The position numbers were made by a program, and so were the translations under genes. From Tubulanus polymorphus (lineage: Eukaryota; Animalia; Nemertea): a DNA stretch of 64,000 nt. Of the stretch, positions 10,695 to 22,875 are shown piece by piece (the first letter of the stretch is position 1; each line of letters opens with the position of its first letter). Below the pieces are notes generated by a model. It was not told the DNA's origin and did not search any database. It saw only the letters and a program-made list of their open reading frames with translations. The DNA lies in assembly GCF_964204645.1 (NCBI RefSeq), contig NC_134027.1, forward strand, positions 12,742,485-12,806,484, read 5' to 3'.

Positions 10695-12261
10695 AATCAT
10701 GTTTACTTGATATTTTTTGATATCATATTTATTAACCCAAAAATAATAGCACTTACAACTGTAATTAAAAATAAAATAATATGTTCAGCTGCAAAGTTAA
10801 TAATGTTTCCTGCAGATTTCAATATAAAACCAACAATTGATGCAATAATTCCAGGTAATGCTGCAGCAGATTTTTTAGATAGTTCCCATAAATATTTTGC
10901 TAATTTCTTTAAACCATCCTTAACTTTGGTATTGCTAAACCAATTGTTGTAAATACCATAGTAACAGATGTTAGAATTGAAAGAATTGTTATACCTTCTA
11001 ACTTAAATAATAATCTTATTCTGTCTTTTAATAATATTTCAGAATTTGGTTTTATCAACAAATCTTTAAAAATAACTTTTAATTTTTTAATATGATTAAG
11101 ATCATATGATTTTAATAATGTATCTCTTTCTTCTTTTTGTAATTCTATATTATATTCTAAATCATCTATTTCTTTTACTAAAGCTAACTTTCTGCTTTCA
11201 TAATCAGCTTCATAAACTACTTGACGATCTCTATTTAATTCTAATTGTTTTAATTCTTCATCTGCATTAACTAATTCTTTTTCTAACATGGTTATTTTAT
11301 AAAATCTCATCTTAATATTAGCAATTTCATCAGATGATTCTTGTATACCTTTAATTACTCTACGTGATTGTCCAGGAAATTCTTTTGATTCTTCATCAGT
11401 TAAATCAAGAAATCCTTTTTCTAGTAAAGATAGTATTCGATTTATTCTAGTACTATTCATTTCTTCTTCTGAATCACTTAATCTATCAATTTGTTTTTCT
11501 AATGTTAATTGTAAATGACTTGAATCATTATCAATTTGTTGAATATCTCTTCTCGATGTTTCTGGATCAACATCGGTAGGATTTGGATTTGGATTTTTAA
11601 ATGGTGAATATTTGTTTATATCAATATTAGGAATTGATCCTTCTTTATTTATTCTATCAAGTGCATTCAATATAATTCTGAGAAATTCTGTGCCACCTTT
11701 TGAACGTTCAATTGTAGATCTTGCTAACATTTCAGGTTCAAAAATATTTTCTTGACCCACTTTAGATAATTGAATTGATACAATTTTGTTATGTAAATTA
11801 ACATTATAATACCATGAATCATTTTTATATTCTAAATTATTCGTGAAATATGGGTCATCTTTAAAAATTTGTTCTACAACATCTTCTGTATCAATATCAC
11901 GTATTGCATCTATTTCTAATAATTCGTTAACAATTGTATCTGTTACTCTAGATTTCATTTTAAATAATTCCATAGGTTCATCAGGATATTTTTCTTGTTG
12001 TTTAACTAATAGTTCCATAAATTCTTTTCTTTCTCTTTTAGTTGAAATTCTACCAATTTCAGGAGCTTCTAAATATTTAATTAATTTTTCACGTAATTCG
12101 GAATTAATTCCATCATAATCATCATCTTCACCTAAATTAGTATTATGTGCTGATGAATTATCATCATCAATATTAGTTTCACTAATATCAGGTTGTTGTT
12201 CATCACTTATACCAGGTTCATCTAAAGGGCCCAATGGAAAACCTTCTCCACCTTCTGCCAT
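10695..12261 (-). pseudogene. Large acidic/coiled-coil protein with C-terminal hydrophobic helices (frameshift near 10925)
   Basis: 450-aa ORF continuing in another frame as GLKKLAKYLWELSKKSAAALPGIIASIVGFILKSAG...IILFLITVVSAIIFGLI. Confidence 0.7.
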
Positions 12262-12282
12262 TTACATAATAAAAAAATTAAA

Positions 12283-13603
12283 ATCTAAAATATAATATTC
12301 CTCCTATAACAATTCCTACACAAGTTAAAGCTAATTTAGTATTTTCATGGGATTTATTATCATCATTAGTTTTAATTATATCATGTTGAATATTATCAGT
12401 TTTAATATTTTCTGATGTATTGTAATCTTTTATTTTAGAATCATTATTTAATTTAATATTTTTAGTTTTAGTTTCTGTTGATTGAATATGTTTTTAATTT
12501 TTTTCACCTTCCATTAATTTTGGAGCAGTGATAATCTTTTTATTTATATCATTTAATCGAAATGAATTATTTATTGTTGCAGTTTTAATTAGATTATTAT
12601 AACCAATTATGTTTCCCATCTTTAATACTAAATCATTAGAAATAATTAATAGATTAGGGCCTATACAATAATTTAATCTAATATGTGATTTATCTAAATA
12701 ATTTTGATATCTTACAATGTTTTCCGGAATCGATCTATTTTTATCATTATGAATTGAATCTTCAAATAATACTTTAAATTGTTTCTGCGCATCGAATGAA
12801 GTGTTATCATTTCCAATTATTGGGGATCTTGTTTCAACTTGCGCACCTAAAATACATATCAAATAAGTTCTAATTGATTGATTTATTCTTTGTATTCCAG
12901 CTTTAGTAAAACCTTCACCATTTTCTAAAATGAAATTAACCCAACCATTATTGTTTTTTTGTTGTATATTATTATAATATTTTGGTAATTCATTCCAATT
13001 TAGTGTTCTTATATCTGAATTTGTCATTATTTTTCCAAATTCTTTAGTATACAATATTCCTAATCCACCCATTGTTCCAATTTTTGCTCTAAAATCTTTA
13101 TTTTAATTAATATTAAATTCATTACATATTTTATAAAACTTAGAAAAATTAATATTATTATTCAATTCTTTAAAATATTTTGAACCTGGTAAAGGACATT
13201 CTAATTCATCTAATATTAATTTTATTTGAAAATAAGTTTGAAATCTAAAAAGTGACAACATCAATGGTAAACTTGGTTTGTTTAAATGATCATTCCAACT
13301 TATTCCACACCCTGTTGTTGCGCAATAAACAGCAAAATTTAATTGGTTCCGCCAATACTTCATATTAGATTTTAATAACCATTGTTTTGCCTCATTTAAA
13401 TTTTTGAAATTAATTGTATACACATGAAATATATTTTCCATCTTTCCATGCAAATTATTACTTTCAGTAACATAAATATATAAATCAATTAACGAATTTA
13501 AAACTTCATTTCTATATGTAATATCTTTATTAAAATCTATTGCTGGAATATTATATTTAATTGATTTATTATATTGGAAAGCTTTTGGAAAACTATCTGC
13601 CAT
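12283..13603 (-). pseudogene. Conserved Polinton-family protein with C-terminal hydrophobic tail, frameshifted
   Basis: ORFs 13103-13603 and 12494-13072 (YWRNQLNFAVYCATTGCGIS, GFTKAGIQRINQSIRTYLICILGAQ). Paralog at ~23145-24003. Confidence 0.75.
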
Positions 13604-13619
13604 TTATATAATTAAAAAA

Positions 13620-13940
13620 TTAATAATTTATTAATTCTTTTAATAATTTATCTTGTTCTTCAACTGTTATATGGCCATTTAAACTTATTATATAATCTAG
13701 TGTGTTCTTTAATTTATTAATTTCTTTCATATTAGTTTTAATTTTTTCTTTATTACTTTTTATATTTAATTTTGAACTTATACCAGTTAAAACACTTGAA
13801 CTTAATCCTAATACACCAATTGATATAGCTAAAGGTGTTAATGGACTGAATATTGCTAGAAATGTAATTACAGAACTAATTGTATCCGAACCACTTATAA
13901 TACCAGGAATAATATCAATATCATCAACTTTATCTTCCAT
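13620..13940 (-). CDS. Small two-TM protein, internally deleted relative to 24020-24454
   Basis: ISSVITFLAIFSPLTPLAISIGVLGLSSSVLTGI is shared with the paralog. Confidence 0.7.
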   Translation of the reverse strand: MEDKVDDIDIIPGIISGSDTISSVITFLAIFSPLTPLAISIGVLGLSSSVLTGISSKLNIKSNKEKIKTNMKEINKLKNTLDYIISLNGHITVEEQDKLLKELINY

Positions 13941-13960
13941 TTATTTAGCAAAAAAAATTA

Positions 13961-14383
13961 CTAATTAGTAAATTTATACGCTACAAATATAACAATAACA
14001 GTTCCGCCTAAAATCCATATTAATTCATATTTCTGTTGTTCTTTACTTGGGGTATAATAATCTGATAATTTAGGTTTGTATAGATGTAATTTTTCTTTAT
14101 TGGTTACCGCGTTATATAAACTCATTGCATCATCAACTGATTGAAAATCTCTATGTGAAATCTTCTGATCATATAATTCCTTGTTAATATAATCCATATA
14201 GTTTTGCCTCTTTTCTCTATATTCTTCTGCTGCTTTATTGTATTTCTCTAATGCTAAGTTATGTCTTTTTTGTTCTGTTAATGAACCATTTTTATCAATA
14301 TGCTTAAATAAATATCCACCACCAGTAAATGCTAAAGCGTTAACAATTGCCGATCCTATAATAGTTATAACTGCAGAAGCCAT
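13961..14383 (-). CDS. Small membrane protein with N- and C-terminal hydrophobic segments and a central coiled coil
   Basis: MASAVITIIGSAIVNALAFTGGGYLF...EQKRHNLALEKY...LIWILGGTVIVIFVAY. Paralog at 24474-24882. Confidence 0.8.
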   Translation of the reverse strand: MASAVITIIGSAIVNALAFTGGGYLFKHIDKNGSLTEQKRHNLALEKYNKAAEEYREKRQNYMDYINKELYDQKISHRDFQSVDDAMSLYNAVTNKEKLHLYKPKLSDYYTPSKEQQKYELIWILGGTVIVIFVAYKFTN

Positions 14384-14407
14384 TTATTTAGCAACAAAAT
14401 TATGCAT

Positions 14408-14629
14408 TTATATGGGAGGAATATATTTTTGTTTTTCCAAATAATCAATAGTTAAATTAGATAAAGTAACTGCTAATGTTAATTTTGAAATATCATTTAT
14501 ATCAAATCTATCAACATTAACACTTCCCATTTTAAATACTTTTTTTAATACCATTGAATAACCAACAGTTCCAACTGATAGTAATGCTCCATTATATAAT
14601 CCAGTTATTATCCACTTATTATCACTCAT
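14408..14629 (-). CDS. Small hydrophobic protein (73 aa)
   Basis: TAAATG start; decayed paralog at ~24908-25127. Confidence 0.75.
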   Translation of the reverse strand: MSDNKWIITGLYNGALLSVGTVGYSMVLKKVFKMGSVNVDRFDINDISKLTLAVTLSNLTIDYLEKQKYIPPI

Positions 14630-14986
14630 TTATTTATCAAAAAAATTACTATCTTCAAAATATTTAGTTATCTTAGTAATGATTAATTCAACATTTATTT
14701 CATTACTAGTTTCATTTGTATATATTTCAATTATTATTTTTTTAATATCATCGATGATAAAATCTTCATCTAATTCATAAAATCTTAAAGATTCTCTAAT
14801 TAAATTAGTAATCTTTTCTACATTTAAAGTTTCTTTATCTATTGTTGTTTCATACTCAAATGTTGTTTCATTAGAAAATGTAATATTTTTGATATGTGTA
14901 ATTACATCATTGATGTTAAATTTCATTTCTTTCTCTAGTTTAAAATCAAATCCAAAACATATACTCGGTCCAACAGTTATATTCAT
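14630..14986 (-). CDS. Hypothetical protein (118 aa)
   Basis: TAAATG start; its stop is the TAA of the next gene's TAAATG; C-terminus conserved at 25131-25210. Confidence 0.65.
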   Translation of the reverse strand: MNITVGPSICFGFDFKLEKEMKFNINDVITHIKNITFSNETTFEYETTIDKETLNVEKITNLIRESLRFYELDEDFIIDDIKKIIIEIYTNETSNEINVELIITKITKYFEDSNFFDK

Positions 14987-15002
14987 TTATATAGTGAAAA
15001 AA

Positions 15003-15762
15003 TTACTCTTTACATCTTATAACTAATTCATATATCACAAGAAAGTTATTCAAATCAATTAAATAACCATTATGATTTCTTATTTCTAATTTAAAATTAT
15101 TGAAATGTGGAATACAAGGTTTAAAAGCACATTCAGTTAAATTATAATTTATTTGAGTTCCAAATTGTTTAACATTTTTTAGCGGTAAAATATTTAGTAT
15201 ACTAGAACTACAAATTGTTTCTTTAGTTGCTTCGAAAGTTTTTGTTGGGTCAATTAAATTGCAATAAATATAAAAATGTGTAAAAGGTATTATATTTGAA
15301 TTACCATCTACGTTTCCTGTAACGGTATCTGGTACAATTCCTAACAGTTTAGCTATAGGTTTTTTTACCATAAATGCATGTTGACTTTCATCATATACCT
15401 TTATTTTAATTTTATTTGTGCTATCACTTTTTATAAATCTAATTAAAAATTTATCATCTCTTTTAATTTTCAACCGTGCTCTTCGATTAATTTCTTGAGC
15501 TAATGTTTCTAAATTATATAATCCTGGTTTTCAGAATTAGATGAAACCATTTATCTGCATTTCTAATATGAATTAAAACAGTATTATCTTCAATAGTTTT
15601 ATCCGATATATTATAAAAAGAATTACATAAACTTATATTCACTAATTTTAAATCTACACAATGCTTAAATTCTCTATCTAATTGTACTAGTAAATTATGA
15701 GATTTATAATTTGTAAGTTTTCTAGAATCAACAAATATTCTGTATTCTTTTAATTCCACCAT
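15003..15762 (-). pseudogene. Minor capsid protein (penton, single jelly-roll), frameshifted
   Basis: IFVDS...VQLDRE...LKLVNISLCNSFYNIS and FYIYCNLI...ILNILPL...FKLEIRNHNGYLIDLNN...ELVIR match the Polinton penton pattern. Confidence 0.8.
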
Positions 15763-15776
15763 TTATTTTACATATT

Positions 15777-16130
15777 TTATTCGAAATCTATTTCATGATG
15801 CCCTTTTTCATTCTTACCTTTGTATACGAAATAGAAATCTCCAGAACATAATTCTTCTAAGTCTTCACTTGATAATCTATGAAATCTATCCGGTAAATAT
15901 GTTCTGAATTTATATGTATTTCCTTTTAATCCTTCATATTCTAAGTGTATAACTAATTTATCTCCATAGTTATTAGTAACTGCATCAATATTTGTAATTA
16001 GATATTTCTTATGAATTGTTAATTCTGTTAACTTTTTGAATTTATAATCTACAGATTTTACATTTGTAGTATCTTTTATTCTATCTAGAAATGATTCGTT
16101 GTTCTCACTGTGTGTTTGTTTACTCTCCAT
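15777..16130 (-). CDS. Small Polinton protein, possible OB-fold ssDNA-binding protein
   Basis: KKLTEL..KKYLIT....TNNYGDKL......TYLPDRF pattern, directly downstream of pPolB. Function is inferred. Confidence 0.6.
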   Translation of the reverse strand: MESKQTHSENNESFLDRIKDTTNVKSVDYKFKKLTELTIHKKYLITNIDAVTNNYGDKLVIHLEYEGLKGNTYKFRTYLPDRFHRLSSEDLEELCSGDFYFVYKGKNEKGHHEIDFE

Positions 16131-19100
16131 TTATAATACATATTTTCATTAAAATTTGATTAACACGTTAGAATTCTTTTCATTATCTCGTTCTCTTTTG
16201 TTTCTTCTCTTTTAAATTTTAAGTATTCATCTAAATTGCAACCAAAAGCAACTGTATGAATTCCATCATCTAAAATATATCTTTTATCATCAAATGGGTT
16301 TAGACTTATCTTTTCAATTTCTTCAATAAACATTTCATGATCTTCAGATCTTAAACATCTCATTTTATGTTTTCTAACTTCTTCATTGAATATACAATTG
16401 ATGTAATCTTTGAAATGAATATTCTTTTCTACTACACTTTTGGTTATTCCTTTTAACTTTTTAGCTTCATGTTCTTTAGTTTTATATGAATACATTTTAG
16501 ATCTAATACCTATGAACTCTTTCATTTCTTCACCGCCTTATTCATCCTTAAACTTCCCTGGAACTTTTTTATTATCATTGCTAAACAATTCATGATCTTT
16601 AGGATAGTTACTAAAATCAAAATGATGTTTTAATGTTTTTAAATCATCTGTTATCTATCAGTTTTTATCTTTAATATGTAACTGTCGGTATCAAAATATA
16701 ATATTTCTATATGTTTTTCTCCAAAAAGTGGTTGTAATACATTATAATAGAATTCATACATTAGTAATTTTGATAATTCTAAAACTGAAGCGCCAACATA
16801 GATTGGTTTATTAAATTCCATTGATGTTCTTCTCATCTTAACTGCAGCTAAATTTTCATCAAATATTCTTTTACCTATAAATTTAGGATATGATTGTAAA
16901 TGTCTAATTCTTTTGCCATTACTAACTAACTCAATATCATTTCTATTTCTAATATTTTCACAAGTCTTACCATAGAATGCATTATTCATTAACTTGAAGA
17001 AATCTTTCTCGAAATCAGTTTTAGCTTCAGTTCTCTGTTTGGTGTTAAAATCTATATATTTTTCTAACCACTTAGATTGACTAAATGAAATATATCTATG
17101 CACTTTTTTTAGAATCATTCCTTGATTCAAATAAAACTTTAACATTCTATAATGTACTACATAATTATATTTATCTTCTTGAGTTACCATTAACTTTTCT
17201 GTATGAATATGATTTTCGGGTTTAATTCTTTTTTGATAATTTGATAATTCTTCATGAGTTACGGTTTTATGTTCGGGACAGTAAGCTAGATTTCTAGATT
17301 TAAATTTAATATGTTCAGGATATTCTAAATCTACAACAAAGAAGTAACCAGTATCTGAATCATCTGCAATATCTAGAATTCTTTTCTTTCAATCAAATTT
17401 ATCATTATTTACATTCTGTAAAACTTCACTTATTTCAAATACTCCATAAGGTTGTGGTTCCATCATTGCCCAACCATACAAATTATTTGCATCTATATAT
17501 AATAACTTATATCCAGGGTTATCATTTACATTGAAATATCTATCCCCTAATACACCTGAAACTCCTCCTCTTATAGATTTTTCAAATAATAGTAATTGAT
17601 CTATATTTGTTAACAAATCCATTTTTATATCTGTAAATTCTAAACCACAATCCCATGTTAAACCTGGTGATGAATAACAATGACAAGGATCAATGTCAAA
17701 ATATTTAAGGTTAACATCTCTAAACCTTTCGAATATATCGGTTAATAATAATACATCTGATTTTAAATATATATCTACTAATTGTCCATGATTTTCTATT
17801 TTGAAATGATTCCAAATATTCAATGTTCTATTATATACTTCATCTTTAACATATTCATTTTTTAATTCATCATAGAATTGTTCTTTTAATAATTCAGTTA
17901 TGTTAAAATCATTATGATTTTTATAGAAAGAATATGGAATTGCTCCTTTATATCTCATTAATTGAAAATCATCATTATTTGGATAGTGTTGTTTTAATAT
18001 TTTTAATTCATCATCAACTAATGATTTTGATAAGTTATCTAATGAACTATTTAAAAATCTATATGAATCTATAAATCTTAGGCAACCAAATTGGAATGAT
18101 ATATAATTCTCAGATGTTTTAGCTAACATTCTAAATTTATAAGTTGGTATTTTATCTTTTGATCTATTTGAATTTAATATTTCTATTTCATTATTAATTT
18201 CTTCTATTTTATGACATAACTGTTTGATGAATAAATGTGCATCATATCCTGATAGATTATGAAATATAACTGGTACAAAATTAATTTTCTTAGCTTGTAA
18301 GTTACAATTCTCATGTGCAGCGCATCTAAACTTTCCATTCAAATGATCATGGTCTCTTACTTTTTTATCTTTATAATTAAATATCTTTTCACAATAATAA
18401 CATTTATCTGCAAACGCAAATTCTTCTTTATCTTCTTCTGTCATTATAATTTCTATATTTGTATTCAATAATTTACTAAATCTTATTTCATATTCAATTA
18501 ATAAGTCACAAAAATGATTGATAACATTTTCATTTCTATAATCACAATATTCACTTTCAATTAGTTCTGGATAATCAGATTTTATATATAACCCGAAAGC
18601 AGCAGCTGATTGATGAATCTTTTTAATATTATTTGTTTTTGGTGGTTCATCTGAAAAATCATTTTCATTAGAATTTAATTTCTTTCTTTTATAATATATT
18701 TCTTTTCTATCTTGATCAGTTAATTCTTTATTTAATGATTCAAAATCTCCATATATTACAAATGGAACTTTATTTTTGTAATCATATTTTTTGAATTCTG
18801 AAAATTTTATCCTTTTCATTTGGTAAAACTAATTTACAATAATCATGATTTTCACATAATTGTTTATGATTTAATAATGTACTTTCATTACTGAATCTAT
18901 GTAAACATTTTCTACAAAGATATATTTTATGGTGATCATTTTCTGATTTAAAAAATAAATCGATTTGTTTAATCCACATATAATGATTCTCATAATATAG
19001 TATATCTATAACATCGTTTGAATCATAATCTTTTGATAGATATAAAGGTTCTAATGTATAATGTTTTATATTGTTACCTTTTGTATTTGGTAATTTGATT

Positions 19101-19840
19101 GAATCAAATACATTTATTCTTAAATTATTATCTCTTTCTATCTTTGGGACGTTTTTAATTCTAACAGGATACTTATCTATCTTATAATTATTTTCAAATG
19201 GTTTATAATGAGTTAATCTAAAACTATGTTGTTTATAATCTTCAACTGGGTGTAAACAACTTATTATAGCCCATAGAAAACATTTATCATCTTCATTTTG
19301 TACATTTATTACAGCATTAGTTTTAAATGGTAGTTTGATATAACTCGATGCTTCAATATCTGGTTCTTTATAATATGATACATTATTTTCATCAATTGGT
19401 TTTGATTTAGTTAACTTATTATATTTTGTGTTATAAACATGTAAAGTCATAAATATTATTTCATTAAATATTAAACCAGATCTTTCAAAATATTTCTCTT
19501 CTATTTTAGTTTTTACTTCATTATAACATTTATCTAATTTAGCATCTATATGTTGTTTTGAAATAATATGTTGTGAATGAGAATTTATATTATATATTGG
19601 TTTATCTTCAGATTTTATGAATTTAACTTTAGAAGATATACTAATTTTAGGATATTCAACATCAGTTATTATTTTTATTATTTCTTTCATATTTTCTAAA
19701 TGTTTTTTATTTTCTTCTAATGTTTTTCCTTTATGAAATTTAAACTCGATAGCTGCTAGACCAATATCACTTTTAAATGCTTCGGTTATCTCTATATCTT
19801 TTTTATTATCTAATGAATTAATATAATTTCTTACATCTTC

Positions 19841-22061
19841 CAGGGAAGTGTGATGAGATGGAATACGGACGCTTTTAATTGCCGGATGTAGGCTATTCAA
19901 TTCAGCCCGTACATCAAAGGTTACCGCAACAGCTGTAAGCTACGCTTATCGAGTGTGTGTTACCAGCTGAATACCAGTCAACATCAACTTTGATTCGGTC
20001 GCAGAACAACCCGCAATAGTTTTAGCCCGATAAATGTTCTGCGATCGATACTACGCATGCGCACTGCAGTTCATTGAACCACGTGGAAGTGGCTGTGTAT
20101 ATACATATTTTTGTTTAGAAAATCGGTTGAAATTCAACAATTTCTCGTAAAATTTGTCCAAAAAGGTATGTATTTTTATTCTTCTATATCTCCGAAACCC
20201 GGAATCGGAACATTAAGTATTTATATTGTGATTAAAGTCTGTTTTTATGTGTTAAACATATGTTTTTGCCAGTTCGTTCCGATTCCGGGTTTAGCGTTAT
20301 TTGGGCCTTGAAGATGTCAAATATTTCGGCCCAGACTCGCGCAGCTTTCGTTTCTGACGTCATGTTGCTATGTTACGACACAAACATATACACGAAGTAT
20401 GATCTTTAAAATGTGTATTTACTACATGATAATGTTACTTAATAACGCTTTCATTAGGCCTACAAATTATTGTCCCCCATATAAACCAAGTTACCTAAAT
20501 AGCATCAGCAATCTCATTTAATTAACCTTTTCTTGTTTTTAGTCATGGATCTTTGTCGATTGTGTGGAAAAATGCGAAACCTCCGGATCGTCGTCCTATC
20601 GATAAAAATAATTTCAAAAGCCATGTGAAGGAGTTGTTCAACATTGATTTTGATGATGATACTGAACAGTACCCGATATATATCTGTAATATGTGTCGTG
20701 TCAAATTACAAAAATGGCGTAAGAACAAAAACGTTAAAAAAACTGTCCCTGTGACTATCACAACATGAAACTTTGCCCACATTTTATCCAAATCTTTCGC
20801 AGTGCTTATGTGAATGGCGGAACATAATGTATCTTGAATTTTTGTAAACCACTGGTTAATTCCAAGTCTGGACGGTGACGTATTTGTAGTCAAAGTTTTA
20901 TCGATCGATTTTCCATAATGTACTGCTGCCATTCCATTTGAACTGAATTTAAATACTCGATGGTTAATCACTTCAGTCATAGCCTTTTCCAAATATATAG
21001 TGTTCCTGCGAAAATAATAATAATGATTATAATTTTAACATGTACTTATCTGGATTTTTTATATTATGTTTATATATTATTTTCTGTATTCGTTTATTAT
21101 TTTATAACCTAAAAGGATTGTATTGATTATAAAAATAAATGTAAAAAATACCTGTATGTGTGTTTTCTCGTGTTCAGATCGCAGTCTCTGGTCAGCTGTG
21201 CCTGAGAAGTACCTATATGAAAAAGAAAAGGAAAGAATGAAGTGCCTGCAATTAGGTGGAAACTATTCCGATCTTTCATTGATTTCAAAAGGAATAACAC
21301 TCACAAGAATCGGCCGAATTAGTTGATCCTGATCCAGAGGATTCCCGTAATATTTCCGTATCGATCTGAACCAATTCGTCACTATCAAAGAATAGATCGT
21401 CAAAATCGTCATCATTTATAATTTCGTTGACAACCGTTACCATTTTAATACAGCGGAAAGAACCGATATCACGATTGATAAAACACTATATCCGTCTGAA
21501 GCGATGTAGAGAGAATCCCACAATGATAACGAAAAAGTCCAAAAATGTTAGTAGTTTATTCAACGTTTCGTCTATGTCCTAATAGTCATCTTCAGAAATA
21601 ATGAATACTACAGAAATTATGAGAGATATATACAATCCAGAGACAAAGAGACTAATTCAAGTAATCAGAGATGATACTAACTAAAGGAAAATTAACGTAG
21701 AAACAGTTACACGCTAAAACAGATTAAAGAGAAGCAGTTAAGAGACAAACTAGGGGGCACTTAAATTTAAGACAATTGTGAATACAAGTTGATCGACTAA
21801 AATTGATGAGGGGAAATCAGATGTTGAGTTTAACCAGTTTACAGAGGAATTTTTATATAAGTTTATTATGGGATGAAAAACCGATATTCGGAAACAACTG
21901 AATTATTACGGAGATTCCCGATCTCGCTGGTTATCGCTTATCGGCGCGTTACGTAACAAAGCGCTCGCCGACGAACCGTTATCGGCTTTAGGGCAATTAC
22001 AACGCACATTCGACAAGAGCTGCACAATAGCGTCCGTATTCCATCTCATCACACTTCCCTG
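19841..22061 (+). mobile_element. Non-autonomous cut-and-paste DNA transposon (CAGGG termini; P- or hAT-like, superfamily uncertain)
   Basis: Perfect 33-bp TIRs CAGGGAAGTGTGATGAGATGGAATACGGACGCT (19841-19873, 22029-22061). TSD CATCTTC at 19834-19840 and 22062-22068. Removal restores pPolB RPYMEDVRNY. Confidence 0.92.
20545..20825 (+). pseudogene. RAG1 N-terminal (Chapa)/ZAD-like zinc-binding domain remnant
   Basis: MDLCRLCGK, frameshift, ...VKELFNIDFDDDTEQYPIYICNMCRVKL..., frameshift, TFYPNLSQCLCEW. Preceded by a pyrimidine tract and AG at 20541-20542. Confidence 0.55.
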
Positions 22062-22518
22062 CATCTTCCATGTATGGTCTTTTATTTTTTAATTTATTTT
22101 TTATGCTTTTAATTGTCTTCTGTTTCTTATCATTATCATTATCAAAATATTCTTCACCTAAAATATCATTATTGATATTTCTAATATGACTTTTAGATTT
22201 TAAATGTTCTTTATAATATCTTTTATCACTGAATGATTGATTACATGTATCACATTTGTATGTTTCTTTTCATTCTTTAATTCATCTAATTTAGTTTCTA
22301 ATATATCATCTTCATATTCTAATTTCAATTTATTCTAATTTCAATTTATTCTCTAAATGTGTTTTAGTTTTATTATGTCTTGCTTTCTGGGATTTATCTA
22401 TACTGATATTACATGTTGGACAGTAGTACTTATTTGCTTCCATTTTAATACTAAATTTTTTATTAAAATTGATTTTAGAAGTTCAATGATTTATATCATG
22501 TATTATTTCAATCACACT

Positions 22519-22875
22519 AAAAACAAATATCAAAAGTAATTTAAAACTATAATACATTTTCATAACCGTGTGTATTTCAGTTGAATAATAGAATAATTAT
22601 TATTATTTGAATATATTTGATTATATGAATTTGTGTATTGTAAATAAATCAATTGGTCGCGGAGCGGCGCGGTAGCGAAGTGGAGCGACCAATTGATTTA
22701 ATACAATATGCTTTTAAAATTAAAATTATTAATATCTTAGAATAAATATTTAGTTATATATAAAATACACACGGTTATGAAAATATATTATAGTTTTAAA
22801 TTACTTTTAATGTTTTGTTTTTTAATGAGCTCGACCCTTCGACCTTTGGCTTGAAAGCCCATCACCCCTATTACT
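22519..22875. repeat. Right TIR of copy 2 (inner part deleted)
   Basis: Reverse complement of 1923-2280. Lacks the ~180 bp present in copy 3 at ~27272-27453. Confidence 0.93.

Larger units (their letters stand above)
16160..22443 (-). pseudogene. polB: Protein-primed family B DNA polymerase (group 2), frameshifted and interrupted by a DNA transposon
   Basis: N-terminal C2H2 fingers (MEANKYYCPTC at 22443); OTU-like NVQNEDDKCFLWAI...ENHY; ExoI YGDFES; EndoVII-like CYYC...RDHDHLNG...AHENCN; ExoII HNLSGYD; ExoIII YLKSDV; motifs A YIDANNLYG, B KLMNNAFYGK, C YFDTDS. Confidence 0.95.
1923..22875 (-). mobile_element. Polinton/Maverick copy 2, full length 20,953 bp including secondary insertions, decayed
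   Basis: 5'-AGT...ACT-3' termini, TIRs at 1923-2391 and 22519-22875, 6-bp TSD ATCATA at 1917-1922 and 22876-22881. Carries pPolB, penton, MCP, integrase and ATPase, all on the minus strand. Confidence 0.95.

Noticed and set aside
18782-19900. 372-aa ORF as an independent gene
   Set aside because: Its first ~20 residues come from the inserted transposon end; the rest is the internal region of the pPolB polyprotein.
22465-22472. Mimivirus early promoter AAAATTGA upstream of pPolB
   Set aside because: Present only antisense to the gene (TCAATTTT in sense), so it is not claimed as the mimivirus motif; treated as part of a family-specific motif.
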